Below are positions 1-9,703 of a stretch of DNA of 64,000 nt, one piece after another. Where the stretch lies: positions 64,001 through 128,000 of the forward strand of contig JAWLHY010000009.1 of assembly GCA_041690135.1 (NCBI GenBank). The letters run 5' to 3'. Origin of the DNA: Armatimonadota bacterium. Lineage in GTDB: Bacteria; Armatimonadota; SYMT01. The notes beneath the pieces were generated by a model, which saw only the letters and a list, made by a program, of their open reading frames with translations, searched no databases and was not told where the DNA came from. The position numbers were made by a program, and so were the translations under genes. Numbering within the stretch: position 1 is the first letter of the stretch; each line of letters starts with the position of its first letter.

Positions 1-883
1 GCAGGTCGGGTCGCTCCTTCCCAAGGTTCCGGGCTTCCTCGGCGGTGAGCCGTGCGGTGTCACCGCTGGCACGCCCGTCGCTGAACGCCACCGTTTGCGC
101 GGAAGCCGGTACCGGCACCAGTGCCACGACGGTTTCGGCCGGACGACCGATGAGGGTGTTCAGCGTAGCCGCCCGCTGTTTGAGCTGGGCCTGCGCCTCG
201 ATTTCCCGCTGCGTCGCTCCGGCCAGGTCCGCTTCGGCCTCCGTCACCTCCAGGGGAGCGCCGACGCCGGCTTCCACCCGGACACGTCCGATCCGCAAGC
301 GTTCCGCTTCCAGCGCGCGCAACTCCGCCAGCACCCGGGTCTGCTCCTGCGCTTCCAGCGTACCCAGATAGGCCTCAGTCACGTCCAGGACCAGGCGTTG
401 GGCCTCCTGTTCTTCGCGCGCGAGGGCAGCCCGCTCGGCCCGGCTCGCGGCCTTCTTGCCGGCTTTAACGCGTCCCCCCGTGTAGATCGGGATGGAGAGA
501 TCGACGTTCCCCTCGAACGAGCGGTTGGGGGTGATACTGGGGCCGCCGCCGATGGAGCGCTCCGGGCCCTGGAACAGGCCGGAAGAGTTGAGGCCCACTT
601 CCGGCCTCCCTTCCGCGGCGGCGCCTCGTTTCTGGGCGCGTGCGCCCGCGGTGGAGCCGCGGGCCGCCTCCAGGCGGGGGCTCACTGCCAGGGCCATGGC
701 GAGGACGTCGCCCAATGTCAGCGAGTCCGCGGGAGAGGTGGTCGCCGCAGGCGGTGGCGGGATCGCCTGACCGGCGGAAACGGGCGCCACCACGAAGGGA
801 GTCGTGGCGAAGAGGAGGAGTCCGGCGATCAGGGGCCGCTTGCGCAGACGGGATCCGGGTTCAGTGGGAGAGAAATGTGACAT
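1..883 (-). CDS. TolC family outer-membrane efflux protein (5' part; runs off window edge)
   Basis: Manual translation from ATG at 883 (not in ORF track): MSHFSPTEPGSRLRKRPLIAGLLLF (signal peptide)...LTLGDVLAMALAVSPRL...VDLSIPIYTGGRV...LVLDVTEAYLGTL...RVEAGVGAPLEV...LNTLIGRP, the OEP/TolC repeat pattern. Confidence 0.85.
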   Translation of the reverse strand, partial: MSHFSPTEPGSRLRKRPLIAGLLLFATTPFVVAPVSAGQAIPPPPAATTSPADSLTLGDVLAMALAVSPRLEAARGSTAGARAQKRGAAAEGRPEVGLNSSGLFQGPERSIGGGPSITPNRSFEGNVDLSIPIYTGGRVKAGKKAASRAERAALAREEQEAQRLVLDVTEAYLGTLEAQEQTRVLAELRALEAERLRIGRVRVEAGVGAPLEVTEAEADLAGATQREIEAQAQLKQRAATLNTLIGRPAETVVALVPVPASAQTVAFSDGRASGDTARLTAEEARNLGKERPDL

Positions 884-902
884 CGATGCGGGTCCAGCAG
901 GT

Positions 903-928
903 GAATTAATTAAACGTTCAGTTAATTC
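903..928. promoter_or_regulatory. AT-rich imperfect palindrome, candidate repressor operator
   Basis: GAATTAA-TTA-AACGTT-CAG-TTAATTC, 20 bp upstream of the TolC-like ATG in the divergent intergenic region. Confidence 0.6.
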
Positions 929-1142
929 TAGCGGGCCGCCGGAATCCGCGACAACGGTTCCGCGGTCGATGCCGTTAAGCTCTCGCGGACCGGTCGCTGC
1001 CGGCCCCGGAGCTGCGTCAGAACGCCGCCGGGTGGAGCGCATGGTACGAGGATTAAGGCCGGTGAAAGGCCAACCTACAGCGAGGCGGGCCGGGAGGGCT
1101 TCGCAGGGGCGGCGGCGAGAGGCCGCGGAGGGTGGGGCCAGC

Positions 1143-1967
1143 TTGTCGGACAACGTGCAGTCGCTTGGAGAGGAACGGCCGGAGATCACCCATGCGCCGG
1201 CCACGGCCCTGGCCATCGGGTTGATCGCCGGGGTGGGCAGCGCGCTCCTCGGGATCGGAGGCGGGCTCGTGATGGTGCCCGCCATGGTCTTCATGCTGCG
1301 CATCCGGCAGCACCGGGCCACAGGTACTTCGCTCGCGGTGATTCTTCCGACCGCAGCGGCCGCGGTGGCCCAGTATGGGCTGGAGCAGCGGGACCTCCCG
1401 GTAATCCTCACCCTGGGAGTGGGGGGTGTGGTCGGCGCCACGGTGGGCGCCATTCTCGCGGCGCTGTTGGGGGCCAAGCAACTGCGCAGTCTCTTTGGGA
1501 TCTTCGTGATGCTGACCGGCATCGTGATGCTCCTGCCCAAGGTACAGTCCGTGGCGCAGGTAGCGGGCTCCCTCGATTTCGGGCAGGGGCTGCTCCTGGT
1601 GGGTACCGGCGTGCTGGTGGGAATCGTCAGCGGTCTGCTGGGAGTCGGCGGCGGCCTGGTGATGGTGCCGGTGCTGGTGCTGCTGTTGGGTTTCACCCAG
1701 AAGGAAGCCCAGGGCCTATCCCTGGCCGTGATCATCCCCGTCAGCCTCTCCGGGGTGATCGCCCACTACCGCCGCGGCAACGTGGTGATGGGTCTTGCCG
1801 TATGGCTCTCCATTGGCGCGGTGGTCGGCGCCACCGTGATGGGACATTACGTTCAGCGCATCGAGAATGCCACGCTGCGGGCCGTTTTTGGTGTCTTTCT
1901 TATCCTCGTCGGGCTGAGCATGGCGCGAAGCCGGCCAGCCCGGCCGCAACCGCAGAGATCGGAATGA
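1143..1967 (+). CDS. Sulfite exporter TauE/SafE family membrane protein
   Basis: Two internally repeated halves, GSALLGIGGGLVMVP...ATGTSL and SGLLGVGGGLVMVP...AQGLSL; about 8 TM helices. The start (TTG 1143) is estimated. Confidence 0.85.
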   Translation: MSDNVQSLGEERPEITHAPATALAIGLIAGVGSALLGIGGGLVMVPAMVFMLRIRQHRATGTSLAVILPTAAAAVAQYGLEQRDLPVILTLGVGGVVGATVGAILAALLGAKQLRSLFGIFVMLTGIVMLLPKVQSVAQVAGSLDFGQGLLLVGTGVLVGIVSGLLGVGGGLVMVPVLVLLLGFTQKEAQGLSLAVIIPVSLSGVIAHYRRGNVVMGLAVWLSIGAVVGATVMGHYVQRIENATLRAVFGVFLILVGLSMARSRPARPQPQRSE

Positions 1968-2596
1968 GCAGACAGGACGAATGGAAGCCGGAAGACCGGT
2001 ACCTTTATCTCAACGGCGAGATCAGCGACGAACAGACGCGCGAGATCGTCGCCCGCATCCTCCAGCACTGGGACAAGGAGTTCCTGCTGGTGATCAACTC
2101 GGACGGGGGCTCCAGTTTCAACGCCCTCTGCCTGGTGAACCTGATGCGGCAGCACGGGCGGATCGACACCCTCTGCATAGGGGTGGCCCTTTCCGGTGCC
2201 GCCGATTGCCTGGGTGCCGGCCGGAAGCGTTACATCGTGCCGGGCTCGATTGCGATGCTTCACCAGGTCTCCTGGGAGTTGGGGCGGGAGTTTGCCGCCA
2301 ACCTGCTGAAGAACGCGCATTTTCTCGACCGGCTCAACTCTCTGATGGCGGACCAGCTCGTCCAATTCACCGGCCAGAGCCGCGAAAGGCTGGACCGGGA
2401 TATGCAGAACGACTTCTACCTGGTGGACCAGGAGATCATCGACTACGGGCTGGCAGACGGGTACTGGGACCCGGCGCAACTCCTGCCTTCGGCCTCGTCG
2501 ACCCGGCGGGCCCGCCTGCGCTCCGAGATCGTGGAGCGCAGGGCGCGCCGGAGGGGAGAAGCGCCGGCAGAGAGTGCGGAAGGAGACGTCGAATGA
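1964..2596 (+). CDS. ClpP-like protease subunit (divergent)
   Basis: RYLYLNGEI, INSDGGS, CIGVALSGAA (Ser), MLHQV (His), LDRDMQNDFYL (Asp), IDYGLAD. ATGA overlap with the upstream stop. Confidence 0.85.
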   Translation: MSRQDEWKPEDRYLYLNGEISDEQTREIVARILQHWDKEFLLVINSDGGSSFNALCLVNLMRQHGRIDTLCIGVALSGAADCLGAGRKRYIVPGSIAMLHQVSWELGREFAANLLKNAHFLDRLNSLMADQLVQFTGQSRERLDRDMQNDFYLVDQEIIDYGLADGYWDPAQLLPSASSTRRARLRSEIVERRARRRGEAPAESAEGDVE

Positions 2597-3537
2597 GCTA
2601 CCCGGTCCTGGGGAGTGTCGTCCGTGAGGACCCGCGGATTGACGATTTGATTCCGGCAGGCGCCTGCATCGAAGTGCTTGCCTCCGGCTTTCGCTGGACG
2701 GAAGGTCCCGTGTGGTTGCCGGATGAGCAGTGCCTGCTGTTCTCGGACATCCCGCAGAACGCGATCTTTCGGTGGAAAGAAACGGAGGGTCTTAGCCTCT
2801 TCATGAAGCCTTCCGGTTACACCGGCGTGGTGCCCTACGGTCCGGAGCCGGGCAGCAACGGCCTCACCCTTGACTCGCAGGGGCGCCTGGTGTTGATGGA
2901 GCACGGCGACCGGCGCGTGTCCCGTCTTGAGAAAGACGGCGGTAAGATGACGCTGGTGGACCGCTTCCGGGGGCGGCGGCTCAATAGCCCCAATGACGGC
3001 GTCCACCACTCGCGCGGCGACCTCTACTTCACCGATCCGCCCTACGGTCTCCCGAACCGGTGGGACGATCCCCGGCGCGAGTTAGACTTCTGCGGGGTAT
3101 TCCGGCTTTCGCCGGACGGGGAGATGACCCTCCTGACAGGTGAAATGACCCGGCCAAACGGGTTGGCCTTCTCCCCGGATGAACGGACTCTCTACGTGGC
3201 GCAGTCCGACCCGGAAGCCGCGCTCTGGATGGCATTCCCGGTACGGCCGGACGGGACCTTGGAGGCAGGTCGCGTATTCGCCGACGTCACCGCCATGGTG
3301 GACGCCGGGTACCCCGGTCTTCCGGATGGACTGAAGGTCGACGCGCACGGGAACCTTTGGGCCACGGGACCGGGCGGCGTCCACGTCTACGCGCCGGACG
3401 GCACCCGGCTGGGCCGCGTGGACACGGGCGGTCGCACGGCGAACTGTGCCTGGGGCGAGGACGGAAGCACCCTCTTCATCGCCGCGGATAGTTACCTTTG
3501 CCGGTTACGGACAAGCACGCGGGGCAACGGCTGGTGA
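2593..3537 (+). CDS. SMP-30/gluconolactonase/LRE family protein
   Basis: WTEGPVW, LFSDIP, GSNGL, LNSPND, YFTDPPYG, RPNGLAFSPDE, PDGLKVD. ATGA overlap with the ClpP-like gene. Confidence 0.92.
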   Translation: MSYPVLGSVVREDPRIDDLIPAGACIEVLASGFRWTEGPVWLPDEQCLLFSDIPQNAIFRWKETEGLSLFMKPSGYTGVVPYGPEPGSNGLTLDSQGRLVLMEHGDRRVSRLEKDGGKMTLVDRFRGRRLNSPNDGVHHSRGDLYFTDPPYGLPNRWDDPRRELDFCGVFRLSPDGEMTLLTGEMTRPNGLAFSPDERTLYVAQSDPEAALWMAFPVRPDGTLEAGRVFADVTAMVDAGYPGLPDGLKVDAHGNLWATGPGGVHVYAPDGTRLGRVDTGGRTANCAWGEDGSTLFIAADSYLCRLRTSTRGNGW

Positions 3538-3717
3538 CGCATTCCCCCAAGGAGATAGCACCAAATACTCAATCGTAAATGCGGTTGCACAGCATAGACG
3601 ACTTCAAGAAGGTAATGCTTTAATGGGCTACCTGTCTCCCGCCGAGCGCGGGACGGCAGGCTAGCCCTTATCGTGAAGTCATTGCCGCGCGTTGTTGCGC
3701 GTCAACGGGAGACACAC

Positions 3718-4419
3718 GTGCTAAACCGCTCGAAGTCCCGAGGGTTTACCCTCATTGAGCTCCTCGTGGTGATAGCCATTATCGCCATCCTCGCCGCCAT
3801 CCTTTTCCCCGTCTTTGCCCGCGCTCGCGAGGCCGCTCGTGCCACGAGCTGCAAGAGCAATCTGAAGCAGCTCACCACCGGTATCCTGATGTACGTTCAG
3901 GACTACGATGAGGTGCTGCCGCACGGTGGGCGCTCCGGGGCGTCGCCCAACCGTTGGTATCAACTGGTCGATCCCTACATCAAGAACGCGCAGGTTTTCC
4001 GCTGTCCCAGCTATAATGTGGGGACCAACCGGGGTTACGGCACCAACGTGAACCTGATGGAGTGGGGCAATGCTTCCAGCATGGCCGAGGTCCAGGCTCC
4101 GGCCGACACGGTCATCATTGGGGACACGGCCCTCTGCACCACCGCCGTAGCGACGGACCACAACCCGTTGAACTGGGTGCAGTACCAGAGCGGCCAGACG
4201 GACTGGCAGTTCACGCCGCCGCGGGACCGGAACGGCAACGCCACCGGCCGGTTTACGGCTACCGGTGACAACGAGCGCCGCCGCCTGATCCCGCGCCATT
4301 CCGAGATGTGCAACGTCGGCTACCTCGACGGGCACGTGAAGGCGGAGAAGCTGGAGCGCCTCCTGGGTCCGCTGCCGGCTGGCGGCGTGGGGCAGTTCGA
4401 CTACTTCGATCGCAATTAA
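3718..4419 (+). CDS. Prepilin-type N-terminal cleavage/methylation protein with DUF1559 and H-X9-DG domain
   Basis: [47 protein letters not shown]-terminal [25 protein letters not shown] before GTG 3718. Confidence 0.92.
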   Translation: MLNRSKSRGFTLIELLVVIAIIAILAAILFPVFARAREAARATSCKSNLKQLTTGILMYVQDYDEVLPHGGRSGASPNRWYQLVDPYIKNAQVFRCPSYNVGTNRGYGTNVNLMEWGNASSMAEVQAPADTVIIGDTALCTTAVATDHNPLNWVQYQSGQTDWQFTPPRDRNGNATGRFTATGDNERRRLIPRHSEMCNVGYLDGHVKAEKLERLLGPLPAGGVGQFDYFDRN

Positions 4420-4450
4420 GACGCGCTCTCGGCGCAGTTGCCCCTGATAG

Positions 4451-4482
4451 AATGAGCCTCCCCGGTAATGGGGAGGCTCATT
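4451..4482. terminator. Probable bidirectional intrinsic terminator
   Basis: Perfect 13-bp stem AATGAGCCTCCCC / GGGGAGGCTCATT with a 6-nt loop between convergent genes. Confidence 0.7.
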
Positions 4483-5695
4483 TCGCTGTGGAGAGTCGCC
4501 GGAGCCGGAGCATGGAGGCGATGCCCGCGGCCGGGCCCAGCGCCAGGGAAGCCAGGGCCCACTGCCAGCCGAACTGCTCTCTAAGGATCGGCACCAGCCA
4601 GATGGTGAGCACGGTGAGGGTGAAGCCGACGGCCAGTTGGAGGGTCAGTGCGGTGCCGACGTAGGTCTGCTCGGCCACCTCCGTGACGATGGTGGAAAAC
4701 TGGGCGCTGTCCGCAACCACCCAGAACCCCCACACCAGGCCCAGCACCAGCACGGCGGCGAAAGGGAGCGCCTCCCAGCCGATCGCGAGCGCGCAGGCGC
4801 CGGAGCAGAGCATGGCCAGCGAGGTGGTTTGCACTCGGCCCCACCGGTCGCCCATCCGTCCCGCCACGCAGCATCCCAGGGCGCCCGCTCCAATGATGGC
4901 AAAGGCGCACAGGGCCGCCCCGCGCGCGGGGTCGCTATCGCCTTCCCGGCGCAGCACGTCGGCCATAAAGGGGGCGATCCAGGCCCACATGGCATAGAGC
5001 TCCCACATGTGCCCGAAGTAGCCCAGGCTGGCGAGTCGTACGCCGGGATTGCGGAAGGCGAGGTAGGCCTGCCGCGGATCAAACACGGCCCGGGGGAAGG
5101 GAAAGGGACCATCCTTCGCGACGAACTCCGCCACCAGGCCGCCCAGCAGGGTCAGCACGGAGGTGCCCAGGATGACGGCCCGCCACTGCACCCCACCCAG
5201 GGCATTCAGGAGGTGCGGGAGCGCGGAACCGAGCGCGATGGCGCCCACCATGACCCCCAGCGCAGTGCCGCGGTCCCGGCGGAACCAGGTGGCGATCGCC
5301 TTGAGGCTCGGCGGGTAGACGTAGGCCAATGCGGCGCCGGTGAGGAAGCGAAGAGGCAGCGCCGCCTCCGGGCCCGTGGTGAAGACCAGCCCGCCGTTGG
5401 CCAGGGCGCTGCCCAGGGCTCCGCAAAGGACCAGTCGCCGCGGGGGCGCCAGGTCGGGGATGTTGAAGATCGCAGAGACCAACGATCCGGCGACGAAGCC
5501 GAGCTGTACGGAAATTGTCAGCAGCGCGCTGGTGGTAGCGTCCAGCACCCACTCCCGCCGCAGTTGCGGCAGGACCGCGGAAGCGGAGAACCAGCAGGTC
5601 ATTCCAAGGAAACAGGCGGTGGAGAGCATGGCCAGAGCCTGCCACCGCCCGGCGGGGGCCTCTTCCGTTGGGGTCTTCGAGGAAGCCTGTGCCAC
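4478..5695 (-). CDS. MFS transporter
   Basis: About 12 hydrophobic segments; WFSASAV, LTISVQLGF, GYFGHMWELYAMW, GRMGDRWGR, ADSAQFS. Start GTG 5695 just after the upstream stop. Confidence 0.9.
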   Translation of the reverse strand: MAQASSKTPTEEAPAGRWQALAMLSTACFLGMTCWFSASAVLPQLRREWVLDATTSALLTISVQLGFVAGSLVSAIFNIPDLAPPRRLVLCGALGSALANGGLVFTTGPEAALPLRFLTGAALAYVYPPSLKAIATWFRRDRGTALGVMVGAIALGSALPHLLNALGGVQWRAVILGTSVLTLLGGLVAEFVAKDGPFPFPRAVFDPRQAYLAFRNPGVRLASLGYFGHMWELYAMWAWIAPFMADVLRREGDSDPARGAALCAFAIIGAGALGCCVAGRMGDRWGRVQTTSLAMLCSGACALAIGWEALPFAAVLVLGLVWGFWVVADSAQFSTIVTEVAEQTYVGTALTLQLAVGFTLTVLTIWLVPILREQFGWQWALASLALGPAAGIASMLRLRRLSTAK

Positions 5696-5699
5696 GAGC

Positions 5700-7805
5700 C
5701 TAGCGTCCTTCGCCACGGATGACTTCAACCAGCCGCGCAAGGACTCTCCGGCGACCTGCTTCGTAAGTGATGATCTCCACCGTGCTGCGCCGGCTCCCTG
5801 CTTCGGACTGCAGGAGTCGGCGAGCCTCGGCCTGGGAGAGGGGGGCCTGGGCTGCGTCGCGGGGGTACGCCAGGAGCACGCTCCGCGGAGCGGCAAAGCG
5901 CAATAAGTCGGGAAGATCCCAGGTGCGAGCGAGGTTCGGCAGGATCGTCCAGTGGGCCGGAGGCGCCAGCAGTTCAGGGGTGGTGAAATCGAGCTCCGCA
6001 CCCTGCCGGTAAGTGATGGGGGTGCCGTCGAGAACCAGTTGCGCGCTCTCCGGCAGTAGAGGAGCTGCTGTGAGGAGCAGTACCCCGTCGAAACCATGAC
6101 CGTAGAACACGGTGGGCGTGTGGGCCGTCATCAGCCGCTCTTTCTCCAGCACCTTCAGCAGCACCAGGAGGTCGCGGGCTCGCTCCGCCAGTAGGGAACT
6201 GCCGGAAGCGACCAGCGCCGATCCGACCTGGCCTTCTTGCCTGGGGGACAGCGTCCGTCCGGTGTAGGAGAATTCCACCACCGTGGCGGAGGTGCGTGCC
6301 TGGTCATCCCAGTGGAGACGCTCGAACTGCGGGAGTTGGCGGTCGCGGTCGAGCCGGATCACGAGCCGGCCGCGGCCGGTGGGAGGCGTCCCAGCTGGGC
6401 GGCTGATCAGCGCGGAGACGGTGCCTCCGAGACCGGATGGCCAGGATAGCCGGAGGCGCTCCGCCAGCTTCTGGGCGTCCGGTCCGAGGTCCTGGCGTTG
6501 AACCTCCGTCGGGAGCGAAGGTTCTCCGGTCCAGCGCGCGCGGATAAAGTCGCCCGCGTGTTTCGGCGCGGCCGGTGCGCCGGTCTCTTCCCGGTCAGCG
6601 GCTGCTTTCCGGCGGGCGGGCCGGCCCATCCGTTTCCGGTTCCATTCGGAGAGGGTGAGGGTTTCCGCCGGGATCCTGCCATCCGGGAAGCACTGCAAGG
6701 CGGCATAGGGGCGGAAACCGTCGGCGGTGGGAAGTTCCTTCATGGCGGGGAGCCCGAACCGGGCGCGGAACCAGTGGATCTGACGGTCGATCATCGGATC
6801 GCTCCAGGTGTGGCCATCAGGGAACTCGGCGAACGCCAGCCCCTCCTCGCGACCGGCGGCCGCATAGAGCGCGCGTGCCTGGCGAGTCGCGGCGCGAGCC
6901 CCGGCGATGGGAAAGATGGGGTCCTCAATCCCGTTGACCACCAGCAGCGGACGCGGGTAGGCCATGGCCAGGAACAACCCGTGATCGCCCACCGTGAGAA
7001 CGTCCGTCAGCATCTCGCAGACGCACATCGTGGTATCGGCCAGGTCGGACCGGAAGGTGGTTACCGCGCAGGTGGGGGAACCGGCCTTCAGGCGGGGTTC
7101 GATGGCCATGGTATAGAGCGTCTGGCTTCCCCCGCCCGAAATCCCCGCCATACCGACCTGATCCGCGTGCACGTCCGGCCGGCTCAGCAGGTAATCCACG
7201 CAGCGGATATTGTCCCAGAGTTCGAGAGCCATCAGCGAGCTGCCCGTGAGGAAGAGCTGGCCGCCTTCCGCCCCGTGCCCGGTGCCGCGTCGTTCCTGCT
7301 TGCCCCAGCCGTCTTTGGCGAGGACGATGAACCCGGCCTTGGCGAAGCGCTGGTAGGCGTTCTGGTAGACGGGCCGGTCCCGGCCGCTGTGGCCATGAGG
7401 CATCAGGAGCGCCGGTTTGCGCGTGGGGCCGCCTTTGGGCACGTAGAGGTTGCAGGGAACCGGCACCCCGGGCTCCGTCTCCAGGACGATCTTCTCGATG
7501 AGATACTGGCCGCCATCGATAACGCCCACGTGCGTGACACGCGGTGCCTGGCGCGGGGACTCCAGGTCCAGGTCCAGCAGGTCGAGGAACCGCCGGCGGG
7601 ACTTCTGCAACTCGCTCTCCAGAGACGGCCGGTCGCGGACCGCCCCCAGGCGCTGGTGATGGCGTTCGCACCAGCGATTGAGGTGTGCCTGTACCCCCTG
7701 TACCACCGGATCGGAATGGACCGGCACTTCCGGGTGAGCGGACTGGGCGACCACCGTAGCGGCCGTCAATAGGAGCAGCAAAACGGAACTTCCGAGAAAA
7801 CGCAT
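5700..7805 (-). CDS. Secreted acetyl xylan esterase/dienelactone hydrolase-like alpha/beta hydrolase (two-domain)
   Basis: Signal peptide; PCNLYVP, PHGHSG, WDNIRCVDYLLSRPDV, nucleophile GISGGG, DPIFP, DGH. Confidence 0.8.
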   Translation of the reverse strand: MRFLGSSVLLLLLTAATVVAQSAHPEVPVHSDPVVQGVQAHLNRWCERHHQRLGAVRDRPSLESELQKSRRRFLDLLDLDLESPRQAPRVTHVGVIDGGQYLIEKIVLETEPGVPVPCNLYVPKGGPTRKPALLMPHGHSGRDRPVYQNAYQRFAKAGFIVLAKDGWGKQERRGTGHGAEGGQLFLTGSSLMALELWDNIRCVDYLLSRPDVHADQVGMAGISGGGSQTLYTMAIEPRLKAGSPTCAVTTFRSDLADTTMCVCEMLTDVLTVGDHGLFLAMAYPRPLLVVNGIEDPIFPIAGARAATRQARALYAAAGREEGLAFAEFPDGHTWSDPMIDRQIHWFRARFGLPAMKELPTADGFRPYAALQCFPDGRIPAETLTLSEWNRKRMGRPARRKAAADREETGAPAAPKHAGDFIRARWTGEPSLPTEVQRQDLGPDAQKLAERLRLSWPSGLGGTVSALISRPAGTPPTGRGRLVIRLDRDRQLPQFERLHWDDQARTSATVVEFSYTGRTLSPRQEGQVGSALVASGSSLLAERARDLLVLLKVLEKERLMTAHTPTVFYGHGFDGVLLLTAAPLLPESAQLVLDGTPITYRQGAELDFTTPELLAPPAHWTILPNLARTWDLPDLLRFAAPRSVLLAYPRDAAQAPLSQAEARRLLQSEAGSRRSTVEIITYEAGRRRVLARLVEVIRGEGR

Positions 7806-7923
7806 ACACCTTCACCTCTGGCCCGGCGTTTGCCTCATCCCGAGTGCCGCCGGCGGACCACGCGCATCAGAGTTCAACCTCTCCCGTGCCGACCTCCTAC
7901 TCCATCTGGGTCCCGCCGGAGGG

Positions 7924-9519
7924 GTGCGGTCGTCCGGAAGCGAAATTGATCCGGTGCCACCCTTTCCCACAACTCATTCCGTCTCCTCCGCCGGCGAGGG
8001 GGATCGACCTGCTGCCGGGGTCTCCCAGGCACGGTCGCCCCGGTGGCTGGCCGGGCTGCAGACCGTGGGCGTGGTGGGCGCTCTCCTGGCGTCGGTCGTG
8101 GCGGTGGCGTGGGTCATGGGCGGCGCTGCGTTGTTTTCGGGGCCACCGGATTGGACGGCTTACCGCGACCTCCGGCGCGTGCTGCCGGCCTGGAAGGAAC
8201 GCCGCGGGCCTGTACGGCGAGTGGTGGACGTGGTTTGCCTGGTGCCCGACCGGCGGACCTTTCTGGCGGCGCTTTCCACCTGGGACCGCGAGCACTTCTT
8301 CCCGATACTAATCGAGGACGATCGGTACACTCCGAAGTTCCTGCGCGCCTTTCGGCCCGGACGCGTGTTGCGTTATCCCCGGGTGGCGCCACCACGGGAC
8401 CCCTCCGCCACATGGGAAGAAGTGGTGCTGGCGGTGGGCCGCACCTGGCAGGAAGGCGGTCGTACCTCCCGCATTCGCGGCGATGCTCCACCTCCGCGAC
8501 GGCTGGGTGCCTGTCCGCCGGGAGTCGTTGTGGGTTCTCCCGGCCCATTACTGGCCGGAGCGGCCGCGCTGGCCGCCGGTCGCTTCCAGCCGCTGGTCCG
8601 TTGGGAGCCGTCCCTGGGCTATCTCGACCGTCCCGGTTACGATGCGGCCCGCAAGCTGGCGACCGAGTTGGAAGGATGCATCTCCAGAGTCGTGCCGCGC
8701 TACCGGGAAATGGGAGACGACTGCGATTTTCTCACGATGGCGACGGACTATCCGTACCGGTATCAGCACCGGGGCGACCAGGCCTTCGACGATCTGCTGG
8801 CGCGGGTCGAAGGGGAGCGGCGCTGGGGTTATGCCGGCCGCCTGGTGGGTACCGAAGCCGCTGTCGTGTACCAGGCCATGTGCAGCCTGTTCCTCCAGCC
8901 GCCGTCGACGCTGCTCTTCAATGGCTACACCGACTTCGATCAGCCGGGAGAGGTGGAGCCCGCCTCCTGGGGCAGTTACTCGCAACGGACCGCCGCCCGG
9001 GTGCTCTCGAACCGGATGACAACGACCTTGCGAGACGGCTTGCAGGCGGACCTTACCGGTTGGAAGGCGGCGTTCGGCCGGGAGAACCCGCATGGCCTGG
9101 TCTTCATCAACAGCAGCGGTGGCCCGGACTGGTTCAATCTGCGGGGTGCGCGAGGAAAGACGGATGACGTCCCGGAGAGCGTGCCTGCCGTGATCTACAA
9201 GATCCACAGCTTCTCCGCCGCTTCCCCCCACGATCCGGCAACCCTCGCCGGCCGCTGGCTCCGGAACGGAGCCTACATCTACTTCGGTTCCATGAATGAG
9301 CCGTACCTTCCGGCCTTCCGTACGCCGACCCTCGTCGCCTCCATGATCGGGGAGGGAGTGCCCTTCGCCGCCGCAATGCGCCGCGCGGACGCCCTGGAGC
9401 GCGATACGCCGTGGAGGCTGGTCTACCTGGGAGATCCCCTCTACCGGTTGGAGACGCGGACGGGGGAACGTCTTCGCACCTGGAACCCGATTGCGGAATG
9501 GTCCGCCGGCGATTACTGA
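7924..9519 (+). CDS. Hypothetical membrane-anchored protein with a caspase/gingipain-like (TIGR03790-like) C-terminus
   Basis: N-terminal TM; YAGRL; C-terminal GAYIYFGSMNEPYL...GVPFAAA...WRLVYLGDPLY pattern. Confidence 0.55.
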   Translation: MRSSGSEIDPVPPFPTTHSVSSAGEGDRPAAGVSQARSPRWLAGLQTVGVVGALLASVVAVAWVMGGAALFSGPPDWTAYRDLRRVLPAWKERRGPVRRVVDVVCLVPDRRTFLAALSTWDREHFFPILIEDDRYTPKFLRAFRPGRVLRYPRVAPPRDPSATWEEVVLAVGRTWQEGGRTSRIRGDAPPPRRLGACPPGVVVGSPGPLLAGAAALAAGRFQPLVRWEPSLGYLDRPGYDAARKLATELEGCISRVVPRYREMGDDCDFLTMATDYPYRYQHRGDQAFDDLLARVEGERRWGYAGRLVGTEAAVVYQAMCSLFLQPPSTLLFNGYTDFDQPGEVEPASWGSYSQRTAARVLSNRMTTTLRDGLQADLTGWKAAFGRENPHGLVFINSSGGPDWFNLRGARGKTDDVPESVPAVIYKIHSFSAASPHDPATLAGRWLRNGAYIYFGSMNEPYLPAFRTPTLVASMIGEGVPFAAAMRRADALERDTPWRLVYLGDPLYRLETRTGERLRTWNPIAEWSAGDY

Positions 9520-9703
9520 ACGGCTTCTTGTTTGCAGGACGCTGCCGGTGTCGAAAGCAGCACTTTGATTGATTCGCCGCGGAAGAGTCTCCGCCGGAAG
9601 GTTTTCACGATACTCTATTCTGATCTCGCGGCGCCCGACCTCCCGTAGGCCATCTTCCGTCGTCAATCGCGGATCGATCGTCCGGCGAACCAGTGTTCCT
9701 CTT

